Positions 1 through 10,241 of a DNA stretch of 27,916 nucleotides are shown here, one piece after another; the stretch's first letter is position 1; each line of letters begins with the position of its first letter. The stretch spans positions 496,001 to 523,916 of the forward strand of contig JASANG010000440.1 of the NCBI GenBank assembly GCA_030248215.1. Direction: 5' to 3'. This stretch comes from Enoplolaimus lenunculus (taxonomy: Eukaryota). The notes below the pieces were generated by a model. That model was not told the DNA's origin, did no database searches, and saw only the letters and a list, made by a program, of their open reading frames with translations. Made by a program: the position numbers and the translations under genes.

Positions 1-129
1 GTGGCATTAAACAACAATGTTTTATGCTTAATTTCAGCCAAAAAATTAAAAACGCACCAATTTTTATAACAATCACAACAACTCTAATAAACAATTGTTA
101 GGTTGTTAACTCAAAGCATTCCATTAACC

Positions 130-512
130 GACTCGTGTAAAATATCAGGGGCGGAACATTTTTCTGTGGGACTGGAATAGAGTCAGCGTAAGCTTTAGCC
201 TATTTTTTTGCTTGGCTTAGAGTTAGGCTTAGGAAGGTCCATGTTACTTCAGGGGGTATCCAGGTATCTGGTGGGTCTATAAAAGAGTAGGTTTAGATTC
301 TAGATTATATTTTTTGCTTAGTCTTAGGCTTACGAATACGCTTTTGCAACGGTTAGGCTTAGACTTAGGCTTTTAGGAATACGCTTTAAATCTACTCTTA
401 CGCCCTTTAAAGTAATATTTGCCCTTAGGAATATGCTCATTCATACGCTTAGACTTTTAGGCTTAGGAATATGCTTATAAATACTGTTCCGCCCCTGTTC
501 TTTACATTGGCG
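130..512 (+). mobile_element. Telomeric-repeat-bearing MITE, family A, with a family B element nested inside
   Basis: Perfect 13-bp inverted repeat CAGGGGCGGAACA (146-158) / TGTTCCGCCCCTG (485-497). 8-bp direct repeat CATTAACC at 122-129 and 513-520. Internal cassette GGGACTGGAATAGAGT..AAGCTTTAG..TATTTTTTTG followed by TTAGGC-like repeats. Confidence 0.85.
236..423 (+). mobile_element. Telomeric-repeat-bearing MITE, family B (nested in family A)
   Basis: Ends GGTCCATGTTACTT and AAGTAATATTTGCC. 8-bp TSD CTTAGGAA at 228-235 and 424-431. Homologous to 2970-3111 and 17187-17327. Confidence 0.85.
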
Positions 513-1179
513 CATTAACCCAAATCTTTATCCCTCGTGGTTTTGGTCCCTGGTTCTATATCATCTCGGGAAGGCCCTTGTATATAGTATTTCTTCAGTT
601 CAGGGCTTAGGACTAATCGTAGTAGACCGTCGATTTAGTTTTATTACCACCAAATCTACGGAAACAACAGCCGCATTTGTCTTTAGAACACAAGAAAGCG
701 ATTGCGTGTTACAAGCAAATTAATGCCATATGGTTTAAATTCGTGCCAGACAAGGATCACTCGTACTATGATAAAGCATAAACCAAAACGTAAGCCTAAG
801 AAGTTAACGAACGTTGCTCTGCATCCGTAGTGTGAATCACAACCTAAGCCTGATTCTGAAAACTAAATAATCATGGTATGAATATTTGTCAGATAACGCA
901 ACAGGTTGCAATCAGAACGGTTTTTGGCTAACTGATTTGTTCGGTTCGTAACCAAAAATAATCGGTGTTTGAAATTTTTGCATATTTCAGCTTCTCATCA
1001 CACCTCTGTTGATCACTCATGAGCTCGAATATGATTTTTTAAAGTATTTTTGAAACGGTTGAATCGCAGGTCGACGGCAAAACTGGAAAAAGGGGCACCA
1101 GCAGTTGAGCATCCGGAAATGTACCTGTTAAATTCACGGAATGTGAAAAGAGACGAGGTATTTAACGGGTTATCAGAAC

Positions 1180-1305
1180 CTGTGAGTGTCTATTCTACAA
1201 CCTAAAACTGCATTTATATGTGTGCAATTATACACAGAGGACTTGAAGCTGCAACATTTGTATTATACGTATTTTGAAAAAACTTGCACGTGTGAATAGG
1301 GCTTT
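1180..1305. mobile_element. Degenerate MITE, family E (TATTCACACGTGCAAG termini)
   Basis: AAAAACTTGCACGTGTGAATAGGGCTT at about 1278-1305 matches 13898-13925 and the reverse complement at about 4836-4860. Confidence 0.5.
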
Positions 1306-1481
1306 GGCTTAAAAACGTTGTTTGTCGCCTGTACTAAATTGTACCAAACAGTCATATATACCGTAAATGCTTATTAATAATTAAAAACAACAAAAGCTTT
1401 AAGTTTATAGCTGATAGAGAAGATTTATCTGTCATATTTTTTTAAAGCTTTTACCCAAATATTTGAAGTTACCACATTTTC

Positions 1482-2193
1482 GGCTCATGTATAGAACAGT
1501 GCCGGAACAATAGTATAAGTACTTATATTTCTAAGCCTACAGTAGTGACCCGAATAAGAGGGGGACTGATATTTATTTGGCCTCTACAGAGGGTACCCAC
1601 CCTTGTTATCCGGTTACGGACTGCTATTTATTTTTAACCCACGCTCCGCCGCCCTTCGTTACAGATATATATATCCGGTACTGCAATTATCCGTTGAATT
1701 AAACGTTTATTTGTCGTGTGTCAATAGCTTGAGCGATAATTCAAGGATATGCTTAGGAATGTAGTTTCAAAATTTAAGTACACTTTAAAGTTTCAAACTC
1801 AAATTATTTCGTCCTGGAGTCATTTATGCGCTACAATTGGGTTAAGTGAAATTTATGGACTCTAATTAGGGTTTAGGGACTCTATCCGCTTACGGACTCT
1901 TATTAGCGATACGGACTCCTATTGATTCGAACTCAAAATGGGGACCCCCTCTTGTTACCCCCTCTTAGTCTGGTCAATAGCCTAAGCCTAAGCCTAAATC
2001 TAAGCCCAAGCGCAAGAATGAGCCTATTCCTAAACCTAAGCTTAAGCCTCAACCTAAGCCTAAGCCCAAGCGTAAGGATAAGCCTATTCCTAAGCCTCAT
2101 CCTAAGCGTAGGCAAAAAAGTTAGTCTAAAGCTTAAACTGACTCTATTACAGCCCCGCCGGAAAACGATCTGGCCCTATGCTATACATGGGCC
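1482..2193 (-). mobile_element. Family A telomeric MITE interrupted by a family C insertion
   Basis: Termini GGCTCATGTATAGAACAG and CTATACATGGGCC. GCCTAA array at about 1980-2110, family A cassette in reverse at 2110-2170. No clean TSD. Confidence 0.75.
1540..1980 (+). mobile_element. Non-autonomous TIR element, family C (nested in family A)
   Basis: Starts TA|CAGTAGTGACCCGAATAAG; the right end is a degenerate inverted copy. Colinear along its length with 12755-13169. Confidence 0.8.
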
Positions 2194-2687
2194 TCTATTG
2201 CGCAGTTGCTTCGCTTGCTGACCAATGAAATTGACCACCACCAATAAGATTACGTGGAAAGTTTTGACGGTTTAAAAACTAAAAAATCAGAGAAATTAAT
2301 ATACGAGTAACCTAAGTTTTGTCGTTTCGTGCTGCAATAAAACAGTAAAGGAACGCAAAACTACTTATATGGTTGGCAGTTATCATTTGTTTGTATATAT
2401 TTTAAACCAACAAATTCACCTTTTTGAAATCTTCATTGTCTAAAAAGGTCTAAACTGGTTATTTTACATTTTCGAACGCGAATTAGAAAATAAGTTGAGA
2501 ATTAAACCCCAGAATCTTTGATGGGATACGTTTACCATCATAAAACCTTCTTAGCGTTTGACGTCAGAGCCCGATGGAATGCTCAGGTCTTGTGGATATT
2601 TTGTACTACAAAAAACGCATAATATTGTTTAAACGGTGCGCTTTGATGTACGAGTAGTGGTGCACAGTTTGGGCTTAATTTCACATA

Positions 2688-2895
2688 CACAGCAAAAAAT
2701 GGTTAGTCAAATTGTCTCTTTCCGAAATAGGATCTACGGGACTACACAAACTGAGTCAAATTCGACTCCGCTAGAATCAAACGTGCGATTAAGTGAGTCG
2801 AGTTGGACTCTGGCAGAGTCGAGTTTGACTGTTTTGTGTAGTCCCGTAGAGACTGTTTCGAAGAGAGTCAATTTGACACACCATTTTTTGCAATG
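2688..2895. mobile_element. Palindromic MITE, family D (CAC(A/T)GCAAAAAATG termini)
   Basis: Near end-to-end inverted repeat (CACAGCAAAAAATGG ... CCATTTTTTGCAATG) with TA on both flanks. Other copies at 16484-16692 and 17649-17755. Confidence 0.9.
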
Positions 2896-2969
2896 TATAG
2901 AAAATAATTGCAATATTTGCAGAGATGAATTATTTTTCAAGAAACGACTGATTTGCATACGATTTTATT

Positions 2970-3111
2970 GGCCAATGTTACTTTAAGGGGCGTCCAGGTT
3001 TCTGGTGGGTCCATATAAGAGTTGATTTAGATTCTAGATTACTTTTTTGCTTAGGCTTAGGCTTAGGAATACGCTTAATCTACTGTTTACGCCCCTTAAA
3101 TAAAATTGGCT
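2970..3111 (+). mobile_element. Telomeric-repeat-bearing MITE, family B
   Basis: TIR GGCCAATGTTACTTTAAGGGGCGT / ACGCCCCTTAAATAAAATTGGCT. 8-bp TSD ATTTTATT at 2962-2969 and 3112-3119. Short TTAGGC run inside. Confidence 0.9.
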
Positions 3112-3306
3112 ATTTTATTTATATATAAACTGTGAATATACAGATCAGCTTTAAATCAAGCCTAACGTATGTTTGGCTTATAAGTTTTAAAAAATACGGA
3201 TGTGGGAAAATCTTCGGTATCCAACAGCTATGATGACAGATTATCCAAACAGACCAGACATCCGTTTTTGGTGCCTTTAATGGGGATTCAAGGTATAAGT
3301 TCAGTG

Positions 3307-3584
3307 CTGTGGCGGATTCAAAAAGTTGTGACGGGGAAGCGGACTGGCAAATGTTAGGAAACGCAAAAATGATTAGGTAGAGACCTTAATTTATCACCAA
3401 AAAGTTTTCTGAGAAGGAAAAATTGTAACATAGGGGCCTTACCATGTGGTCACGAAAAATTCTGAGGGAAAAATTGTATTTTTTACAAAAATAATTTCTA
3501 AGGGGAAAAGATTGTGAAGTAGGGATGTTTTTATCACAAAAAAATTCGGAAGGTGGACACCCCCCTTCTCTGGATCAGCTTAGT
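3307..3584 (-). mobile_element. hAT-like MITE, family F (CAGWGGCGGATCC termini)
   Basis: GTGGCGGATTC ... TGGATCAGC ends, with internal repeats related to TTGTAAGGTAGGGACCTTACCATTTT shared with 9058-9363. Confidence 0.7.
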
Positions 3585-3589
3585 AGGTC

Positions 3590-3756
3590 TGTGGCAGCTA
3601 GAAATAAGGACGAAACGTTTTTCTCTGGGACAGCAGTAGAGCAAGCTTAAGCTTTATTTTGCGTAGGCTCAGGTATAATCTCATTCTTACGCTTAGGCTT
3701 TTAGGCTTAGAAATATGCTTACACTACTGTTAAGACACTGTTTGATACAATTGGCC
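3590..3756 (+). mobile_element. Family A telomeric MITE, degenerate
   Basis: CGTTTTTCTCTGGGACAGCAGTAGAGCAAGCTTAAGCTTT cassette, TTAGGC variants and the ending TTGATACAATTGGCC. Confidence 0.65.
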
Positions 3757-3885
3757 GATAATTATATACTATTTTATTCCTTCAACATTTTAGTCTTCTT
3801 TGTTTTATTTTTGCAAATCTTTATACATTTATGAAATACAAAACACAACAAAAGCTCGCTGTAAAGTAAACTCGTTGACAAATAT

Positions 3886-4030
3886 GAGCCCTGTGTATAG
3901 AACAGGTGGAATACAAACTCAAAAACCATAAGCCAAAGCTTAAGCTTAACCGTGAATTTAAGCCTACGCCTAAAAGTCTAAAGCAAATTACCTAAGGCCG
4001 TATAGTCGAAACGTGTTCTATACAGGTGTG
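3886..4030 (-). mobile_element. Short element with family A-type TIRs and degenerate GCCTAA repeats
   Basis: CCTGTGTATAGAACA ... TGTTCTATACAGG inverted ends. Confidence 0.55.
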
Positions 4031-4113
4031 ACAATGATAAATGTTGCTTCAAAGCGATGCAACTTGATTGTTTCACATGTTTTTTCTTGAATGGGTGCGT
4101 ATCCAGGATATCG

Positions 4114-4395
4114 TTTTAGAAATGTTTCCTAAATGTTTTTAGGATTTCATTTCGGAAATTCCGCCTAAATATTTTAAGGAATTCATTTTGGAAATCTGCT
4201 TAAATGTTTTGAGTATATTTAATTTTGGAAATTTTTCCTAAATGTTTTTGACGATTTCATTTTGGAAATTCCGCCTAAATATTTTAAGGAATTCATTTTG
4301 AAAATCAGCCTAAATGTTTTGAGTATTTTAATTTTGGAAATTTTTCCTAAATGTTTTTGACGATTTCATTTTGGAAATTCGGCCAAAATGCGTTT
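4114..4395. repeat. Minisatellite, 36-37-bp unit, about 7.5 copies, with a three-unit higher-order period
   Basis: Unit resembles GAAATTCCGCCTAAATRTTTTAAGGAATTCATTTTG. Unit 2 matches 5, 3 resembles 6, and 4 matches 7. Confidence 0.9.
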
Positions 4396-4503
4396 TGCGA
4401 GCAAGGGTAACGAGGGAGAAATTTTTTAGACCTCTGCACATCCAGCCATTTTCAATGTAAATATTTAAAAATACTTATATACGCTATCTTCAACCGTATA
4501 ATC

Positions 4504-4820
4504 CTACTGCTGCCTGGGGTTCGAACCCGAGTGAGCAGGCACAAAATGAGCAACATTTAACTCGCGAGGTTGAGGCGTTTCCACCGTAGATTCGTTAGAT
4601 TCAACTGAACCTCGACGAAGTAACCATGAAGCAAGCAGAAACAACCGTCGATGCCTGCTGTATATCCATACTCGATACGTTATTGCAACGCAAACTGCAA
4701 GACTGCAAGCAACTGCAATGCATATTGAAATGTTAACTGAAATTTCAACTCGTAAATGTGGCTCAGAAAGCGAGCCAAGCAGCAGTGCACATTCGATCAA
4801 TGACATCAGAACGGTTAAAC
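4504..4820 (-). CDS. Exon 2 (terminal) of a 214-aa four-transmembrane protein (LAPTM-like invertebrate tetraspan type)
   Basis: TTTCAG acceptor ends at 4821. The phase-1 junction gives ...LMGIQ-G-LTVLMSLIECALLL..., in frame with ORF 4504-4806. Hydrophobic segments then a polar tail; TAG stop at 4504. Confidence 0.85.
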
Positions 4821-4835
4821 CTGAAACGCACTGCG

Positions 4836-5110
4836 TTTATTCACACGTGCAAGTTTTTGCAATAAATTATCTGCAATTGCAATTTTAAGGTGCAACTTTT
4901 CAGGAAAAGGGCTTCGAATGAAATATGCACGAGCCAATTGAAATACTGCAAGCCTATAAAACTAAGCCTAATCATAACCTACAGCGTAAACCTAAGTCTA
5001 AGCCTAGCCAGAAAAATTACAGATAAACTGTGGCTAAGCTTGTTCAGAAACGCAATTTTTGCAATTTGAATTTGCAGGTGCAACTTGCAAATGCAAGTTT
5101 TGTGATTAGA
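4836..5110. mobile_element. Family E MITE in the intron, with a GCCTAA-containing fragment inside
   Basis: TATTCACACGTGCAAGTTTTTGC at the left, TGCAA-rich repeats at about 5050-5110 and CCTAAG variants at about 4950-5010. Confidence 0.5.
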
Positions 5111-5299
5111 CTGGTCAACAAGTTATACCTACAGGTTCGTCTTACAAATACTTTCACAGCTTTGTGAACAGGGCACAGCCCGTCACCGAAACCCAAGTCT
5201 TAACTAAATCCATTAGAAGCTAATCCTTATCCTTAAATGTGGGGGGCAGTTTGCAAAAGCTGTTTTACTGAAGCGCTTGTTCTTTATCTGAAACAGAAC

Positions 5300-5598
5300 C
5301 GATGGCAGATCCAGAGGGGGCGGGCGGGGAGGGCATACGCAAACCCCCTTTCGAATTTTTTGTGATAAAATGGTAATGTCTTTACTTTACAATCTTTTCC
5401 CATCAGAAGTTTTTTTGTAAAAATACATTTTTTCCGTCGGAATTTTTTGTGGTAACATGGTATTTATGGCATCTTTCGTATAATTCTTCCTCTCAGAAAA
5501 TTTTTTGATGCTAAAATAAAGTCCCTACCTTATAATTATTGCGTTTCCTAATAATTGCCAGCCAGCTCCCTCGTCACAAACTTTTGTATCCGCCACAT
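5300..5598 (+). mobile_element. hAT-like MITE, family F, in the intron of the 4TM gene
   Basis: GGCAGATCCAGAGGGGG ... GTATCCGCCAC ends; reverse-complement homology to 3307-3584 and 9058-9363. Confidence 0.75.
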
Positions 5599-5610
5599 CA
5601 CTCAACTTAC

Positions 5611-5938
5611 CTTGAATCCCCATTAATGGCACCAAAAACGGAGGTTTGGTCTGTTTACATCCGTAAATCCCAAGGCCCAGTGTAATGATATAGCATGACG
5701 CCCACAGAACCACAGTAATCACACTGGTATGAAGCGCTGCCGGGTCGGAACCGGAACCGGACGAGCCAGGATGTAATCGTTCATCTGTGTAGATGAATAT
5801 CGTTGAAATGGTTTGATATGCAACTGCAATAAATTGCACAATTGCGCACGCATAAAACCAACGCGCAACGTGAATGCGGCAATGATAAAAGTTAGGATTG
5901 TGTTCACTGAATGTTAACGCACGATAAGCATTGCTCAT
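5611..5938 (-). CDS. Exon 1 of the 214-aa four-transmembrane protein
   Basis: ATG at 5938; MSNAY...HCRIHVARW, two hydrophobic helices and a GIYGCKQTKPPFLVP loop. Consensus donor AG|GTAAGT at 5611/5610. 328+317 nt = 215 codons including the stop. Confidence 0.85.
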
Positions 5939-5955
5939 AATTCAAGGACGATTAT

Positions 5956-5970
5956 CTGGCTAATAAAAAT
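5956..5970 (-). promoter_or_regulatory. 3' splice acceptor 17 nt upstream of the ATG (SL trans-splice site or end of a 5'UTR intron)
   Basis: Minus strand reads ATTTTTATTAGCCAG|ATAATCGTCCTTGAATT-ATG; an in-frame TGA precedes the ATG. Confidence 0.4.
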
Positions 5971-6743
5971 ACTCCATTTAAAATACTATCGTTAGATTTA
6001 ACTATTGAGTAAATCTTTGCTTAAATAATGTAAATAAGTCAAACTACTGCTGTCATTTCCTGAAGTAAATGTAAAGCTAATAATTATGTGTTTGCTTAAA
6101 ATTTAAGTAAAACTTTGCCAGGCACCATAGTTAAGTAAAACCGACACTAAAATTCGGCAACAGTTTTACTTAATTTTAACTATATTTTTAGTGAGATTGG
6201 GTGGAGATTAAAAGGGCTTCAATGGCTCAGAGAACAGAGTTGGACTGATTTTAAAAATTGAAATTGAAATTATTTCAGTTCAGTTGCATATGAGTATCTT
6301 TTAATTTTTTGAAAACGTATTATATTAATTCTGAAATTTTCAATATTAATGTTATCAGCTGAAGTTCTACGAAATGAGGTTGTCTTCGAATCGCTGTACC
6401 TCTCCAAATACAGGGTTTGAAGGACGCTATGCATGGCCGTATGAACTCGGTCGTTTTGGGAGCGTATCAGGTTGACACAACGGGGCACTACAGCGCGTGT
6501 CTTAAGGTTATTTTCAAGACATGACGCACGGTTGCGTCTAAGCGCACTTGAAATGGTTGATTGCAAAGATGCGAAAATAAACACCGAACGAAACATTAGG
6601 TTTAGGATGCGATCAGCTAAAACTACCTGATTATTCTGATCGTAGAACGTTTTAAGACATTTAATCATAAATGTGTTGATTTAAACAGGGTCCGACTCTT
6701 GTACACTTATCCATCATGTATAGTAAGATTTCTTTCTAGGCTG

Positions 6744-7091
6744 TACTCTCTAAAAGCTTAAACTAACTTGATTTAAGCTTAAGCTAATCCACCAGCATTA
6801 AACAAACATTTTAGATTAACAAAACTAGCAGGTAGGTTTGCGCATAAACTCATTTAAAATCTTATAGATTTTCAGATTAAGCTAAACTTATTAAACTCTT
6901 AAATACACGGCTGTACTTGTTAGTTAATCTAAAAATAAGCTTACTTAAAGTGGTTTTAAACTTAACAACACGTTAGTTTAAGTAAAACTGAAAATTCTGG
7001 TTTAGTTAGTCCGTCCAGCCATTTAAGTTTTACTTAAACTGATATTCAAGTTTAGTTAAGCTATAATTTAAGTTTAAGTTTTTAGAGATTG
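6744..7091. mobile_element. AT-rich MITE-like element with TTAAG/CTTAA internal repeats
   Basis: CTCTCTAAAAGCTTAAACT at about 6746 and AGTTTAAGTTTTTAGAGAT at about 7071-7089 form inverted ends. Confidence 0.6.
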
Positions 7092-7127
7092 GGCAAAAGG
7101 TTTAGGCTTTTATGTAAGTCATTATCT

Positions 7128-7372
7128 CACTGTAAATTCCAATGAGTTGATTAATCAATTCAGCTAGCGAGTTGTTCTTTGTGAATTAATATCGGTAAAC
7201 ATTAACTCACTCTGATTTAAGTTGATTCTTACTCTGAGTTGACGCTGGGTGAGTTGATTAATTAACTCAAAATGAATTGAATAAACTCAAATTTCTGAGT
7301 TCTGAGAGTACTAACTCCGACTGAGTGATTCAGCACATTTGAGTTAAAATCAACTCACTGAAATTTACAGTG
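7128..7372. mobile_element. CACTG-ended MITE with GAGTT/AACTC internal repeats
   Basis: CACTGTAAATT / AATTTACAGTG perfect 11-bp TIR, extending imperfectly to about 25 bp. Confidence 0.8.
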
Positions 7373-7855
7373 ACACCGAAGCCTTAGCCAGAGACCAAGC
7401 ATGTGGTGTGCTATTAGGTCTAGGAAGTTCAAACGTAGGTTTTCGTAAACGGTCCCGTTTAAATATACCGGGGTTCCTGGTGAAAACTCAACCAGAAATC
7501 AAAACCTAAAAAACGCCAACGTTGGTTTTGCTCTCAACCAGTGTATGAAGGCGTACAAGAACCTCGAACTCTTTAGCCGTTCAGTTGCTAATTTCGTCCG
7601 CTAACGTTCAAATTTAGGATTTTAATCTTTAAGCCTATTAGCCTGCCAGTGACCGCGATAGAACCTTAAGATTTACAAGCTTAACGCACAACAAATACGA
7701 CGATATAAATAGTCCATCAAAAGCGTTTTAGTCTTAAACTTGATAAAATTTCGCAATCCCCAAACTCGAAATATAAAATTAAAACGATTTCAAATATTCA
7801 ATTTAAACAATTTTTCCTCAAAATTCTGCCCCATATTTGTTAAACGAATGCAAAT

Positions 7856-8073
7856 TTTCACTACCAAAATTGCTGGAATCTTCGACAAAAATTCTACCCA
7901 CATCGGGTTGGATGTAGACTTTTTGCCGGAGTCATAGAGGCAAACCTCCTGTTGTACCCTAATTTCACTACTGAAATTGCTGGAATCTTCGACAAAAATT
8001 CTACCCGCATCGAGGTTGGATGTAGACTTTTTGCCGGAACCAGCGGCATACCTCCGGTTGTACCCTGTACCCT
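7856..8073. repeat. Tandem duplication, about 107-bp unit x2, each unit containing a hairpin
   Basis: 7856-7960 resembles 7963-8066. Each unit has CAAAAATTCTAC...GTAGACTTTTTG inverted arms. Confidence 0.9.
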
Positions 8074-8249
8074 ATACACGATTTAAAACTGCCAGGCGTT
8101 ATTGCTAGAAAAGAGCCTGTGAATAAAATTAACACACTGTGACAAAACAGTGCTATATAATCTCGTATATCAAAACAAATATAATATGCGCTATTGCGAT
8201 TAGCTCTTACCTGTTATCTTTGCCAAGATATAACCTGAATACCAGATAG

Positions 8250-8263
8250 AATATATATATAAA

Positions 8264-8299
<36 letters not shown>

Positions 8300-8348
8300 T
8301 GTATGTATGTATGTATGTATGTATGTATGTATGTTTGTATGTATGTAT
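8250..8348. repeat. (AT)n followed by (ATGT)n microsatellite
   Basis: About 19 ATGT units from 8271, with one variant unit. Confidence 0.97.
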
Positions 8349-9057
8349 AAAACAGTAGGTATAACATTTTCCCATAAATAGAAATATAATACTTGACCGT
8401 GGCTCTGGTTTATGGCTTCATCTTATAAACGTTTCGGACGACTCTGACATTTTGCAATGACAGCTAAAACTTTTGCCAACTTTGATACGAGTATACATGA
8501 AGTAAAAAATTAATATAAAATAAATGTATAAATAAACAAAAATGGAGATTTTTTTCTCAAAAAAATGTCCTCTTAAGTGCAGCCTCTCGCAAAATTGAGT
8601 GTTGTCGCCGTGTCCAAAGTAGAAAGATACGTAGTTTTAAACAACATTTAACATCATAAAATTGAAAAATATATTTAGAAAATGTCATATTATAAAAATG
8701 TTGCAGTTTTAAATGTGTGTTTTTTGTAGCAAAATTTGTAGATTTCATAATTCCTAAAAGGCCGGGCTGTCGTGAAATATTACTATACAATCTGTTACGA
8801 TCCGGTGGCTATTTTGAACCAATAGTTCATATTATTGGTACAGGCGGGTCTAGTGAACGGGGCTTGCTTGCCTAGTTCCCCACCACATAAGATTTACCTT
8901 CAAAAAAGAATACTTGAGCGTAAGCCTAAAACATAGACATAAGAATATATCTTTATTCTAAGCCTGAGCCTAAGCATCTAATGATTCAATGTATAAACAT
9001 TCTGAGGGGAAATTTTCGCCTTCTATTATATTAACTCGAGTCTTGGCGTATACGGTA

Positions 9058-9363
9058 CAGAGGCGGATCCAAAAATTTTTGACGGGGGGCGGGCTGGCAA
9101 ATGTTATTAAACGCAAAAATGGTAAGGTCGGGACGTTATCATTTTATCATCAAAGAATTTTCTGAGGGCAAAAAATTGTAAGGTGGTACTTAGGAACCTT
9201 ACCATTTTATCACAAAGAAATCTGCGGGAATAAATCTGTTTTTAACAAAAACATTTTCTGAGGGAAATATTAAATTGTAAGGTAGGGACCTTACCATTTT
9301 AACACAAAAAAATTTCTGACGCGGGTCGTGCGCCCCCCGCCCTACCATCTGGATCGGCTAGTG
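9058..9363 (-). mobile_element. hAT-like MITE, family F
   Basis: CAGAGGCGGATCC ... GGATCGGCTAGTG ends; internal TTGTAAGGTAGGGACCTTACCATTTT repeats. Confidence 0.8.
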
Positions 9364-10241
9364 ATAGAGGGTACCCAGTTGAGTACTGCGTACCCTAATT
9401 CCAGGAGTAAAGCGACACAGACGTGCTGTCAAACTCATGTCACCGATATTAAAATACCGTTCACTTGTGTATTTGTTATTATAATTGAAATGTACTATCT
9501 CATTGCAGTCACGAGATAGCAAGTTACCTACACCGCTATCAAACCAACAGCATTTCGTTGAAATAATGTTAAATTAGCACGGTATTTGAGTATAATAAAA
9601 AAGCGTCCAAAAACTAATTTTTATTTTAGCTCAAAATAACGAATAAGCATTAAGATTAATATCTCAGCACGCGATCACGAAAATATTAATATAAGACAAA
9701 AATTGCTTCGCGTCAGCGAAACTTAAGGCAAAGTTTGAAAATCTAACGAATCATTAAAACTGTTTCTATTTAATAAAGAATAATTTTACACTGTATGTCA
9801 CGCTATAGCTCACCAAGGGTTACTGGACGTCGCCGCTTGCTGCTGCAAAATTTTTTATTACAAAAATGCCGTACGCCACTACAGACCACCTAAAAGATTT
9901 TGCTTATATGTTTGTTAGCGACGTATAGCGGCGTGCAGCGACATACGGTATAGTAAAGTATAGCAGAGCCCTGAACGCTGAGACTGTTGGCTGAAGAAAT
10001 AAAACGCTAAGAAAATATGGTTCAAAAAGTGTGACTGAATTGCAAAAATTTTAGCTTTTAATTGAATGTATTCTTCAACCGAAACTTTCCAGCACAACGC
10101 GGATGAGCAATTCGGAAGCAACTGTTTAAACTCAAAAATATACAAATTCACAAAGTTGAACAGTAAATTTCGTATGCGCAGTACAAGACCTTCTCGTAAG
10201 ATGAGACCCTCTTCGAGATCGAACGTCAGGTAATCATAGTT

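Noticed and set aside
1922..2221. LSLSL/LRLRL-rich ORFs (also 10226-10411, 16885-17172, 23644-24019)
   Set aside because: They are translations of in-register TTAGGC/GCCTAA arrays inside family A MITEs.
2636..2986. Similar ORFs on both strands here and at 16455-16778
   Set aside because: They come from the palindromic family D MITE; the similarity is repeat-derived.
5525..5610. C-terminal part of the 137-aa ORF
   Set aside because: It reads through a consensus GTAAGT donor into intronic family F MITE sequence.
6270..6668. 132-aa minus-strand ORF
   Set aside because: No recognisable motif or convincing splice signals; the 3' part is AT-rich and repeat-like.
8211..8234. 24-nt micro-exon candidate on the minus strand (TTCAG acceptor, AG|GTAAGA donor)
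   Set aside because: Could be a 5'UTR exon of the 4TM gene, but joining it in the coding frame meets a TGA before the ATG; unsupported without transcripts.
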